The notes below the pieces were generated by a model. It searched no databases, had not been told where the DNA came from, and saw only the letters and a program-made list of their open reading frames with translations. 64,000 nucleotides of DNA. Source: an uncultured SAR86 cluster bacterium (lineage in GTDB: Bacteria > Pseudomonadota > Gammaproteobacteria > Magnimaribacterales > D2472). This document shows, piece by piece, positions 11,614 through 21,622 of the stretch (within the stretch, counting starts at the first letter, position 1; each line of letters begins with the position of its first letter). The translations under genes and the position numbers were made by a program. The stretch spans positions 38,656 through 102,655 of the forward strand of contig CABYCL010000004.1 in assembly GCA_902517505.1 (NCBI GenBank). Direction: 5' to 3'.

Positions 11614-12580
11614 GGCAACATCTTTAGTTAAATATATCAATAAGTCCTCCAATATTTTTTTTGTATTTGGATCTGAAGTTATTTTAAGAAATAACTCAGT
11701 AGATGATATTAATAAATGTTTTAAAGATATGGGTTTTACAGAAAAAAAAATAATAACTGAAAATGACTTCACTAACATTGAAAAGATCATTCATGAGAAT
11801 GCTGGAGGTTCATTATTTGGATCTCAAACAATTATTGAAATAATTCATAATGGTGGAAAAATTCCTAAAGAAATCCTTAACATATTTGAAATAAACAATA
11901 TAAATCAATTTAAAAACATTGTAATAATAATTAGGTCGGCTATAGAAAAAATCAATAAGAATACTAAATGGGTTAAAAAAGTAGATAGTCTCGCATTAAT
12001 GGTGCAGTGCAATAAGCTTAAATCATTTGAAGAAATATCTTGGATAAAGAATCAATTAAAGTTTATGAATGATAAAGATGCTAAAGAATATACAAATAGA
12101 ATCAAAGATGTATATTCAGGAAATTTAGTTGCTCAACAAAATGAAATCAATATATTAAAACTAATATATTCTGAGGATAGTGATAAGGAAAAACTACATC
12201 ATGATAGTGCTGAATTTCTTCCATATGATTTAGAGGATAAAATTATTGAACTTGATACGAATTATGCTCTAAGAATTTTAAAATCAATTAAAAAGAATGA
12301 TGAACATTATGGGCCTTTGTTAGTATGGATAATGGGAAAAATCATTAATATCTCTGTGGGTTCTCATCAAGATAAGATTAGTTTAGAAAAAGCTGGTGTA
12401 TGGAGAAATAAAATCCCGCATTATCTAAATTTTATTAAAAGTAACCCTTTAAAGAAAATGATTCCTCTACAAAAGAGAATATATGAGCTTGATATGGCTT
12501 CAAAAGGTCTTGGAGGCATTACAAAAGATCAATTTTGGCAAGAACTTGATAATATGATTATTGATTTAACATCTACTTAA
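11603..12580 (+). CDS. holA: DNA polymerase III delta subunit
   Basis: G.E..L, SLFG, GNL.A..NEI..L motifs and synteny after leuS-lptE. Confidence 0.85.
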   Translation: MICEATSLVKYINKSSNIFFVFGSEVILRNNSVDDINKCFKDMGFTEKKIITENDFTNIEKIIHENAGGSLFGSQTIIEIIHNGGKIPKEILNIFEINNINQFKNIVIIIRSAIEKINKNTKWVKKVDSLALMVQCNKLKSFEEISWIKNQLKFMNDKDAKEYTNRIKDVYSGNLVAQQNEINILKLIYSEDSDKEKLHHDSAEFLPYDLEDKIIELDTNYALRILKSIKKNDEHYGPLLVWIMGKIINISVGSHQDKISLEKAGVWRNKIPHYLNFIKSNPLKKMIPLQKRIYELDMASKGLGGITKDQFWQELDNMIIDLTST

Positions 12581-13400
12581 AATAATTTTTTACAAATAAT
12601 TCCTCGCACTTCTTAAATAAATGATGATCTAATTGAATATTGGTTTTTTTATCAATAACATCTATAACTTGAGCCAGTCCTTTAGTAGAGCTGGTAAGCC
12701 ATATAGATTTAGCGCTAGTTAAGTCATCTATAGTATATTCTCCTTCTTCAACTCTAATATCTGATTCTTTTAATTTTATAATAAGAAGGTCTCTAGTTAT
12801 TCCGGGTAAGATATTATTAGAAAGGCTTGGAGTAAAAACACATTCATCATTTGCAAAAAATACATTTGAAGCGCCTCCTTCAGTAATAATGTTATTCTTA
12901 TGCATAATTACTTCATCGCATCCTTTATTCTTTGCATCATTCATACTCATGACATTCCCAAGCAATGATGTAGATTTAATATCACACCTTTGCCACCTAA
13001 GATCTTCACAAAACATTACTCTTAGGGATTGAGAACTAAAAGTATGTGAAACTACATATCCAAAAGTTTCAATTGAAATATCTTGATCAAACATATGTGA
13101 TCTTAAATTATCTATTCCTCTTGAGATTTGATAATAAACATATCCATTTTTTAAATTACTTTTTTTGATAAGCTCGTTTATTTCAATACTTATCCTTTTA
13201 ATATCTACTTGAAATGAAAGAGCATTACAGCTCTTTTCTAAGCGCAAAATATGTTTATCAAATGCGATCGTACTTGAATTACAAAATGGAATTACTTCAT
13301 AGACACTATCTGAAAATGTATATGCCCTGCTTAGGGGAGAAATTTTGATGTTATTTAGAGAATCAAATCTGCCATTATAAACAGCATGAATATTTTCCAT
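12573..13400 (-). CDS. Class IV PLP aminotransferase, D-amino-acid aminotransferase-like
   Basis: D.VYEV, RCDIKSTSLL, EGGASNVF, ILPGITR. Lies downstream of the DD-carboxypeptidase. Confidence 0.85.
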   Translation of the reverse strand: MENIHAVYNGRFDSLNNIKISPLSRAYTFSDSVYEVIPFCNSSTIAFDKHILRLEKSCNALSFQVDIKRISIEINELIKKSNLKNGYVYYQISRGIDNLRSHMFDQDISIETFGYVVSHTFSSQSLRVMFCEDLRWQRCDIKSTSLLGNVMSMNDAKNKGCDEVIMHKNNIITEGGASNVFFANDECVFTPSLSNNILPGITRDLLIIKLKESDIRVEEGEYTIDDLTSAKSIWLTSSTKGLAQVIDVIDKKTNIQLDHHLFKKCEELFVKNYFK

Positions 13401-14549
13401 CTATACAATTCCAAATAAGCTCATTATCCAAAGAACAAACCTTGACCAAAGTCTTCCAAAGAAACCTTTTGCATCAACATCATTTAATGCAACAAGATCT
13501 GCAGTTAAGACAATCTCTTCATTGCTTATCAGTTCTAGTGTCCCCAATTTTTGGCCTTTAGTAATCGGTGCTTGAATATTATTTTTAGCGTTATAGTTTA
13601 CTTTTATTCCTTTAAAGTTAGTTCTAGGAAGAGTAATTGAAATATCTTCTTCTACGCCTAAACTTAGATTATCAATTTTACCGCCCCATACTTTTACAGT
13701 TGTATATTCTTTATTTGCATCAAAATATTTTTGAGTTGCATAAAATCTAAACCCATACTCCAGAAGTCTTTGTGTATCAGAAAAGCTATTGTTTGCAGAA
13801 TCGCTGCCAGCAACAACAGTTATTAATCGCATATTACTTCGTTTAGCAGACCCAATTAAACAATATCCTGCAGATGATGTATATCCTGTTTTAACTCCAT
13901 CAGCTGTCTCATCTCTCCACAAAAGTTTATTTCTATTATATTTATTTCCAGTAATACCACCGTATTCAAATTCTTTTTCTTCAAATAAAGCATATATATC
14001 CGGAAATTTTGTAATGAAATTACTAGTAAGAATTGCTAAATCTTTTGCAGATGTTAAATGTTGATCACTTGGTAAACCAGTTGAATTTGTAAAATTAGTA
14101 CTAGTCATGCCCAAGAATCCAGCATATGAGTTCATTAAATCTACAAATCCATCCTCTGTGCCTCCAACATATTCTGCAATTGCTACAGCAGCATCATTTC
14201 CTGATTGAATGATTATGCCTTTTAATAAATCTAAGATGCTCACTCTTTTGCCAACCTCTATAAACATTTTTGATCCGCCCATTTTCCATGCCTTTTCACT
14301 TATTAAGACTTTATCATCTATACTAATTAAATCATTCTTGATTTGATCAGCAACTACATATGCTGTCATAACTTTTGTCATACTAGCTGGCTCAACAAAT
14401 CCATCCGAGTTTGATTCTGCAATAATAGTATTGGTATTAGGTTCTATTAACATATAGCTCTTAAGGTTTAACTCTGGAGCATTTGGAACAAAACTCTGAC
14501 TAAGTAATAGGTTTGACGATAATAATGTAAGTAATATGATAATTTTCAT
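13401..14549 (-). CDS. dacA: D-alanyl-D-alanine carboxypeptidase (PBP5/6)
   Basis: PASMTK (SxxK), SGN and KTG motifs plus a C-terminal PBP5 domain. Confidence 0.93.
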   Translation of the reverse strand: MKIIILLTLLSSNLLLSQSFVPNAPELNLKSYMLIEPNTNTIIAESNSDGFVEPASMTKVMTAYVVADQIKNDLISIDDKVLISEKAWKMGGSKMFIEVGKRVSILDLLKGIIIQSGNDAAVAIAEYVGGTEDGFVDLMNSYAGFLGMTSTNFTNSTGLPSDQHLTSAKDLAILTSNFITKFPDIYALFEEKEFEYGGITGNKYNRNKLLWRDETADGVKTGYTSSAGYCLIGSAKRSNMRLITVVAGSDSANNSFSDTQRLLEYGFRFYATQKYFDANKEYTTVKVWGGKIDNLSLGVEEDISITLPRTNFKGIKVNYNAKNNIQAPITKGQKLGTLELISNEEIVLTADLVALNDVDAKGFFGRLWSRFVLWIMSLFGIV

Positions 14550-15433
14550 TTTTTAAACTCTTCTGCTAAATAATAAATTGCCATTGCATAGAAATGACTT
14601 CTATTATATTTAGTAATGGCAACAAAATTGTCATCACCAATAAAATAATTCTCTTCTCCGCCTTCATTAAAACTCAAAGGGATAAATTTTGAAAGTGAAT
14701 CATGAGGTTTATATACTTCCCTCACGTTATTTGGAGAGGATTTTGTTACAATTTTTCCATTCTTTTTCCAGCCATGTACTTTGAGATAATTTGCAATACT
14801 GCCAATAGCGTCATCAACTGAATTAAATAAATCAATGTCATCGTCTCCATCAAAATCAACAGCATATGCTCTGTAGCTTGAGGAAATAAACTGTCCATAT
14901 CCCATGGCTCCAGCATAAGAACCTTTTATTGAATATATATCTAAATTATTTTCTCTAGTGAGCAAGAAAAATTTAATTAGTTCATCTTTAAAAAATGCTG
15001 ATCTTCTTGGGTAATCAAGTCCTAGTGTTGTAAGGCTATCAATCACTCGATAGCTGCCCATAATTTTTCCGTATCTGGTCTCAACCCCAAGTATTGAAAC
15101 AATTATTTCTTTTGGAACTCCAAATTCTTTTTCTGCTCTTCTTAAAGTATCAATATTTTGTTTAATAAATTTTTTTCCATTTTTTATTCTTTTATCTTCA
15201 ATGAATAGCTTCTTATATCTTTCCCATGTCCATGTAAACTCTGCTGGTTTAGAAATAGAGTCTATTATTTTTTGTTGTTTAGTTGCATTTTTAAAAACTT
15301 CTTCTACATATGATTTTTTAAAGCCATGGATTTCAACTAATTCTTGGATGATTTTTTTTGAATCAGGATGATTAAAATAATCTGCATATATGGCTGATGA
15401 TAATAAAAGATATGTAAAAAATATAAGTCTCAT
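14546..15433 (-). CDS. mltB: Lytic murein transglycosylase B
   Basis: GVETRYG, GSYAGAMG.GQF, YNRS..YA. Sits in the rodA-mltB position. Confidence 0.93.
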   Translation of the reverse strand: MRLIFFTYLLLSSAIYADYFNHPDSKKIIQELVEIHGFKKSYVEEVFKNATKQQKIIDSISKPAEFTWTWERYKKLFIEDKRIKNGKKFIKQNIDTLRRAEKEFGVPKEIIVSILGVETRYGKIMGSYRVIDSLTTLGLDYPRRSAFFKDELIKFFLLTRENNLDIYSIKGSYAGAMGYGQFISSSYRAYAVDFDGDDDIDLFNSVDDAIGSIANYLKVHGWKKNGKIVTKSSPNNVREVYKPHDSLSKFIPLSFNEGGEENYFIGDDNFVAITKYNRSHFYAMAIYYLAEEFKK

Positions 15434-16530
15434 TTTTGCATTAATTTTTTATGAGTTGCCATAGAAATTACAATTCCAAAAGCTAAATAGAATGATAACA
15501 AAGATGAACCTCCTTTACTTATAAATGGTAATGGCATTCCTACAACTGGAATTATACCAATCACCATTGCAAGATTTATGAAAATTGTAGAAAGAAATAA
15601 TAAACTTAAACCTCCTATGGTTAATCTACAAAATCTATCTCTTGCATTCAAAGCTAAATATAGACATCTTAATAAAATAAAAAAGAATATAGATAGTAAG
15701 ATACATACTCCTATAAAACCAAACTCTTCAGCAATTACTGAAAATATAAAATCTGTTTCAGTTTCTGGAAGAAAGTCTAAGTGGGCCTGAGATCCCATTT
15801 GATAACCCTTGCCTTGTAATCCGCCAGAACCAATGGCTATCTTAGACTGTGTTATATTCCACCCTGAACCAAATGGATCGGCTGTGGGATCTAATAAAGT
15901 TAAAATTCTTTGTCTTTGGAAAGGTTCTAAGAAATTATTCCAAATAAATGGAAGCGATAAAATAAATATGCCGGAAGAAACTCCAATAAATCTCCAACTT
16001 AAGCCTGCCAAAAACAATACATATATTCCAGCAATTAAAATTACTAAACTAGTTCCTAAATCTGGCTGAATTCTTACAAAATTTGCTACTACAAATATAA
16101 GAACCAAGGTTACTAAAGTATTTAATAAGCTTATAGGTAGAGTCTTATCATATAGATATGCTGCTAAGAAGACTGGTAAAGCAATTTTGACAATTTCAGA
16201 TGACTGTAAAGTAAAAAATCCAAGATCAAGCCATCTTTTGGCGCCATTAACTTCTTTACCAACCAAAAGAGTCAAAAGTATTAAAATTATTGAGAAGATT
16301 AGAAAAATCAATGAATTATTCTTGTAAAAATCTGGATCGGGTTGACTAACTATAAACATTAAAATTAATCCAAATATTACGAAGAATGACTGTTTTATAA
16401 CTGTAGTTGTATTGCCATCAGATGCGCTGTATAAAAAAACTAGGCCCATTAAAGAAAGTATTGTTATTGAAATAAATAAATAATGATCAAAATAAATTCC
16501 TGTTTTAAGAGAGTCGATTATCTTTTTCAT
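15430..16530 (-). CDS. rodA: Rod shape-determining protein RodA
   Basis: GAKRW, QPDLGT, LPE.ETDFIF, EEFG, G.PLPF. Confidence 0.97.
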   Translation of the reverse strand: MKKIIDSLKTGIYFDHYLFISITILSLMGLVFLYSASDGNTTTVIKQSFFVIFGLILMFIVSQPDPDFYKNNSLIFLIFSIILILLTLLVGKEVNGAKRWLDLGFFTLQSSEIVKIALPVFLAAYLYDKTLPISLLNTLVTLVLIFVVANFVRIQPDLGTSLVILIAGIYVLFLAGLSWRFIGVSSGIFILSLPFIWNNFLEPFQRQRILTLLDPTADPFGSGWNITQSKIAIGSGGLQGKGYQMGSQAHLDFLPETETDFIFSVIAEEFGFIGVCILLSIFFFILLRCLYLALNARDRFCRLTIGGLSLLFLSTIFINLAMVIGIIPVVGMPLPFISKGGSSLLSFYLAFGIVISMATHKKLMQK

Positions 16531-18365
16531 TCTTTTATCAAACTATTTAGTACAGCTATTGCTACTGGTCCTGCTACAGAGCCTCCACTTTCACCATTTT
16601 CAATTACAACACTAACAGCATACTTGGGATTAGGCATCGGCCCAAAAGCAATAATAATTGCATGGTCTCTATTGCCCTCAGTTTCTCGAATAATTTTATA
16701 ATCTTCTTTTGTTTCTGTGCTTACAAGTTCTACAGTGCCAGACTTAGCAGCAATAATATACTCTTTAAGGTTCTTTAATCTACTAGCAGTACCTTTAGGA
16801 TTTTCAATAACTCCAATCATGCTTTCATGAATTTTTTTCCAATCAACATCATTAATATTATTAGTCATGAAATTATTTCTTATCACATCTTTGTTATTTT
16901 GAACAAAAGAAAAATTATTTAAGCTTCCTTTGTTTGCAAGAAATGAAGAGTAATAAGCTAACTGAAGTGGGGTTGCGCTTAGGTAGCCTTGGCCTACACC
17001 TAAGTTAACAGTATCACCTTTAAACCATCCAAAATTGTGTGTGTTCATTTTCCAAGTAGGACTAGGCAGGAGGCCTTTGTCAGGATAAAAACAATCAAGA
17101 CAAATATTTTTTCCAAAACCAAAATTTGATAGATATTTAACCAATTCGTTAACTTCTGTTTGATATGCTAGTGAGAAAAAAAATGTATTTGAGCTCTCAA
17201 TAATTGCATCTTGAAGATTTATGATGCCATGACCATCCTTCCTCCAACCTCTGTAAATTCTTCCATCTTCAGGAAGTACAAAAAAACCAATATCATCAAT
17301 TGTATATTGCCAATCGATGAGATCTTTCTCCAAGCCAAAGAGCCCTATAGCAGGTTTTATGGTTGATGCTGGTGAATATCTACCTTGACCAGCCCTATCA
17401 AAAAAAGGTTTGTCATCATCATTAAGTAATTTGTTAAATTCTTTTTGCGATAGTCCATTAGTGATATCGTTTACTGAAAAAGAGGGTGAACTAACATAGC
17501 TTAATATTCCTCCATTCTCTAAATTAACTGCAACAACAGCGCCTCTTCTATTATTCAATTCATTGAATGATACTTGTTGAGCTGTTAAATCTAGAGATGT
17601 ATATATGTCTTTTCCGTCAATTGAATCTATGGTTTCCTTTTCTTCCAAAAATCTTCCATTTGCATCCACTTCATAAATTCTTTTGCCAAAGAAACCTCGC
17701 AATTGTTTATCATAAATATTCTCGAGGCCCGTCTTTCCTTTCAAATATCCATTTGAGTACTTAAATATTGTTTCTCTTGGTTTTAAATCTTGAGAAGATA
17801 AAATATCCTGAAGATCTTCTTCATTAATAGATCCAACATAGCCTACTGAATGAGAAAATAAATATGGATACATATTTTTTCTAGAATATCTCTCAGCTAT
17901 AAATAAATTTGGGTACCTATACTTCCTAACTTCAAATTTTGCAATTTCCTCATTGGTAAGATTTGTTTTTAAAATCAATTCTCTGTTTAGTTTCTTTTTT
18001 AATGAGAAATTATCTTGCGCATTCTTAATTTCTAAGTCGGATAAATCTATAATTTTTTTTATATTTGATAAAGTACTATCAAGATCATTAATTTCAGAAG
18101 GATTAATAATAAGATTATAACTAGGTACATTATTAACAATTATTTCACCATTTCTGTCATATATAATTCCTCTTCTTGGTTGAATTAAAACTTCTCTGGT
18201 CTTGTTTTTTAAAGAGGCAATTTCATAATCAGTGAAGCTTGAAACTTGCAAAGAAAAAGTTTTATATATGAAATATAAAAAAAGGCATGCAAAGAAAATA
18301 TAAACAAAAATTAGTCTATTAAAAAAATTTTTCTTTTCAGAGAATCTTTCGTTTATATCAATCAT
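16527..18365 (-). CDS. mrdA: Penicillin-binding protein 2
   Basis: N-terminal TM, RG.IYDRNG, SPASTIK, SSN, KSG. Lies upstream of rodA. Confidence 0.96.
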   Translation of the reverse strand: MIDINERFSEKKNFFNRLIFVYIFFACLFLYFIYKTFSLQVSSFTDYEIASLKNKTREVLIQPRRGIIYDRNGEIIVNNVPSYNLIINPSEINDLDSTLSNIKKIIDLSDLEIKNAQDNFSLKKKLNRELILKTNLTNEEIAKFEVRKYRYPNLFIAERYSRKNMYPYLFSHSVGYVGSINEEDLQDILSSQDLKPRETIFKYSNGYLKGKTGLENIYDKQLRGFFGKRIYEVDANGRFLEEKETIDSIDGKDIYTSLDLTAQQVSFNELNNRRGAVVAVNLENGGILSYVSSPSFSVNDITNGLSQKEFNKLLNDDDKPFFDRAGQGRYSPASTIKPAIGLFGLEKDLIDWQYTIDDIGFFVLPEDGRIYRGWRKDGHGIINLQDAIIESSNTFFFSLAYQTEVNELVKYLSNFGFGKNICLDCFYPDKGLLPSPTWKMNTHNFGWFKGDTVNLGVGQGYLSATPLQLAYYSSFLANKGSLNNFSFVQNNKDVIRNNFMTNNINDVDWKKIHESMIGVIENPKGTASRLKNLKEYIIAAKSGTVELVSTETKEDYKIIRETEGNRDHAIIIAFGPMPNPKYAVSVVIENGESGGSVAGPVAIAVLNSLIKE

Positions 18366-18826
18366 TTGTGGTAAGGCATATTGCTTATTATTGTATGAGC
18401 TCTGAAAATTTGTTCCACCAAAATCAGTCTGAATAATCTATGAGGAAAGGTTAGTAAGGATGCAGAAAAAATTTTATCAGCCTTGCTCTTTATCTCTTGA
18501 GATAGTCCAAAGGAACCCCCTATTATAAATGAAATTGTCTTATTCATTTCTTGGCAACTTTTTAATAAACAACTAAATTCACCACTATCAGTTAGTTCTC
18601 CCATTGAATCACATGCTACTACAAATTCATTTTCTAAGATTTTAGAAATTAATAATTCAGACTCTTTTTTAATAACTTCTTTTTTAGAGTATTTAGGGTT
18701 TTGTTGACTTTTTAAGTTAATGAAATCAATTTTAAAATTTTTGGGCAATTGTTTCTTATAATGTTGTATGCTTTCAGATTCCCATGAATTTAGTTTATTA
18801 CCAATACTAATTATCTTAATAAGCAT
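18362..18826 (-). CDS. rlmH: 23S rRNA m3Psi1915 methyltransferase
   Basis: FIIGGSFG, TFPH...R..LVEQI.RA..I....PYHK. Confidence 0.96.
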   Translation of the reverse strand: MLIKIISIGNKLNSWESESIQHYKKQLPKNFKIDFINLKSQQNPKYSKKEVIKKESELLISKILENEFVVACDSMGELTDSGEFSCLLKSCQEMNKTISFIIGGSFGLSQEIKSKADKIFSASLLTFPHRLFRLILVEQIFRAHTIISNMPYHK

Positions 18827-19170
18827 TAATTATTTTCTTTGAGAAGAGTCCTTGCTCCCCATAATCCTTCAAGGTCATAAAAATCTCTTTGCTCCTGTCT
18901 CATGATATTTACAATCACATAACCACAATCTACTAAGATCCATCCAGATTCAATCTCTCCTTCAACTCCTAAAATATTGTATTTATTTGATTTGAGACAA
19001 TCTACTAACTTTTCTGATACTGAGGTTGCATGACGATTAGAAGATGCGGTAGCTATTACTATTTCATCTGCAAAAGAAGAAATATTTTTTACATCTAGAG
19101 TTAATAAATTTTCTACCTTACTGTCTGCAAGACTTTTGTTACATATTTGTGAAAGACTTTTTTTAGGCAA
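18826..19170 (-). CDS. rsfS: Ribosome silencing factor
   Basis: W.LVD.G..IV.IM....R.FYDLE.LW and rsfS-rlmH-mrdA order. Confidence 0.95.
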   Translation of the reverse strand: MPKKSLSQICNKSLADSKVENLLTLDVKNISSFADEIVIATASSNRHATSVSEKLVDCLKSNKYNILGVEGEIESGWILVDCGYVIVNIMRQEQRDFYDLEGLWGARTLLKENN

Positions 19171-19234
19171 AATTAAGTTAAAGTTTTAAATCCAATAGTA
19201 TTTTTTTATTTAAATTTAGTAATTGATATACTAA

Positions 19235-19690
19235 ATGAAAACAGTTAAAAAAGGTAAGGAATTTTTGGAAAATAATCTAATCGATCAAATAAGCGGAATA
19301 ATTTTAAACTATAAAAATTTTATTCTCTGGCTTGGATCGATATCATTTTTAGTCTTCATATTTAGTTTGATTAGCATTAAATGGTTGGTTGCGCTCATAC
19401 CAAGTGATTATTTTATTGAGAATAAAAGAAATAAGTATCAATCTAGTTATCCATTAACTTGGTTAATATCCATTATCATCAAAAATATAATTGGTTACAT
19501 TCTTATAATTGGGGGCATTTTAATGCTAGTTCTTCCAGGTCAAGGCTTATTTACTATCATCATAGGACTAATGTTAAGCAATTATCCTGGAAAATATTTT
19601 ATTGAAAGAAAATTTATTGCTATACCAAGTGTGCTAAAGACAATAAATTGGCTCAGAAAAAAATCAAATAAGCCTCCGCTAAAGGTTTAA
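19235..19690 (+). CDS. PGPGW-family membrane protein
   Basis: TM segments, MLVLPGQGLFTI..G motif, C-terminal WLRKK..KPPL. Confidence 0.8.
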   Translation: MKTVKKGKEFLENNLIDQISGIILNYKNFILWLGSISFLVFIFSLISIKWLVALIPSDYFIENKRNKYQSSYPLTWLISIIIKNIIGYILIIGGILMLVLPGQGLFTIIIGLMLSNYPGKYFIERKFIAIPSVLKTINWLRKKSNKPPLKV

Positions 19691-19693
19691 GTC

Positions 19694-20285
19694 TCAGTTT
19701 GACGAAATTTCTTCAATATATTTTGAGAGAATCGTGAATCTTTGTGATGCATCAAATGCCTCCAACAAGCTTTGTTTATGCGACCATGGAATAGGAATTA
19801 ATCCTGCAAGATGATATGCGACCGAATCAGCAGAGTTGAAGTCAACTTCAATAGGCATATCAATTATTCTTGGGTGCTTTACTAACTGATTTAGAATATT
19901 GGTTATTTCTGGAAACTCTGCTAATAAAGCTTGGTCATCAACTTCAGGATCAACTAAGGGATTTATTTCTGCTATATGAAGACCGTCTTGAAGTTGTGTT
20001 AGATCTTTAATTGATACCTTATTTATTGACTTTACTGTTATGCCAAGCAATCCATTAGGGAGATTATTAAAATCAATTATTTCTACATATGAGCCTTTTC
20101 TTAGATATTTCATAGTTATTATTTTTTAGAGCTTGCTTTTGGAAAACTATTACAAATCCTTGATCTTTTTCCATGCATTCTTTAACCATATTTACATACC
20201 TAGGTTCAAAAATTTGTAAATGCTGAATTGTCCCGGGCAATGCAACCAAACCAAGTGGGAAAACTGGTAAATTATTTTTTTTCAA
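19694..20285 (-). pseudogene. LON substrate-binding (N-terminal) domain protein split by a single +1 frameshift
   Basis: 5' ORF (LPVFPL...PG...L.IFEPRY) and 3' ORF (GSYVEIIDF..LPNGLLGI) are consecutive parts of one domain. Removing one A from the A4 run (T4 at 20096-20099 on +) joins them. Confidence 0.85.
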
Positions 20286-21570
20286 GGTGCTTCACTATAG
20301 GTTTAATAAATTTTTGACTGTCCTTGTTGGTCATAATTAAAATAATATCATATTCAAAAATAATTTCTTTTAAGTGTTTAATAAGGCTCTTATCTGAATC
20401 AAAAACATTCTCATATTTATATTTTTTATTCATATCAAGTAGTAGAGTCTCATCAAGCAATTCAAATGAGTTGATCAAATTTTCTTTATGATAGCCTGAA
20501 GACATTGTGTTAGATCCTAGCTCTACAATACCCAATATTTTTTTACTTGGAAATTTATTTTTAATTGCGCTGCAAGAAAGCTTAATAGCTGTTGGATGAT
20601 GAGCAAAATCATCATATATACAAATATTTGATGACTCGATAATAAAATCCATTCTTCTTTTAACACCTTTGAATTTTTTTAAGGAATTTATAGAAGCATT
20701 TATACTAACACCTTCAATTTGTGCTGCTAAAATTGCAGACACATAATTCCTGAAATTATGTTCACCTATTAAAGGAAGTTCTTCTAAAGAAAATTCGTCG
20801 TTGTCAATTTTAAGACTCTTGGATTCAAAATCTATTTTAATATCTCCAGAATCTATTGCTATTTTATTGCACCAAGACTCTCTATTAAGAACTTCTGTAG
20901 TATTAACGTCATTGTTAAAGAAAATGATATTTCCAGATGTTGGAATGATCTTAATTAAGTGATGAAATTGTCTTTTTATGTCTTCAATATCATTAAAAAT
21001 ATCAGCATGATCAAATTCAATATTATTTATTATTAAATTTGATGGTGAGTAGTGAATAAATTTTGATCTTTTGTCAAAAAATGCAGAGTCGTATTCATCT
21101 GCCTCTATAACAAATATTGGATCAGTTCCAAGCTTTGCAGGGTTTTCGAAGCCTTCAGATATACCTCCAATAAGATATCCTATATTCTTTCCTTGATCTA
21201 AAAATATGTGAGCGAGCATATACGAAGTTGTAGTTTTTCCATGAGTACCTGATATTGCAAAAACATTTCTGCCTTTTAATTCTTTTCCTAGTATTTCAGG
21301 TCCAGAAATAAAGGGAAGATTCTTATCAAGAATTTCTTCAACACACTCGTTTCCTCTTGATAATGCATTTCCTATAACATATAGATCAGCATCAGGGAGT
21401 GTTTCTCTTTTGTAACCTTGAATTGTTTTAATTCCTATATCTTCTATATATTCTGACATTGGAGGATAGAATTGTATGTCAGCTCCAGATACTTGATGGC
21501 CTGATTCCTTAAGTATTTGTGCCAATCCAGCCATAAAGGTTCCGCAAATCCCTAGGATATGTATTCTCAT
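20272..21570 (-). CDS. mpl: UDP-MurNAc:L-Ala-gamma-D-Glu-mDAP ligase
   Basis: IHILGICGTFM, GTHGKTTT, EADEYDSAFFDKRSKF, DDFAHHPT. Confidence 0.96.
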   Translation of the reverse strand: MRIHILGICGTFMAGLAQILKESGHQVSGADIQFYPPMSEYIEDIGIKTIQGYKRETLPDADLYVIGNALSRGNECVEEILDKNLPFISGPEILGKELKGRNVFAISGTHGKTTTSYMLAHIFLDQGKNIGYLIGGISEGFENPAKLGTDPIFVIEADEYDSAFFDKRSKFIHYSPSNLIINNIEFDHADIFNDIEDIKRQFHHLIKIIPTSGNIIFFNNDVNTTEVLNRESWCNKIAIDSGDIKIDFESKSLKIDNDEFSLEELPLIGEHNFRNYVSAILAAQIEGVSINASINSLKKFKGVKRRMDFIIESSNICIYDDFAHHPTAIKLSCSAIKNKFPSKKILGIVELGSNTMSSGYHKENLINSFELLDETLLLDMNKKYKYENVFDSDKSLIKHLKEIIFEYDIILIMTNKDSQKFIKPIVKHLEKK

Positions 21571-21622
21571 ATTAGTTATAATACGTCACTAGAATTTTAT
21601 TCAAAGCTTAAGCGGAGAAATA

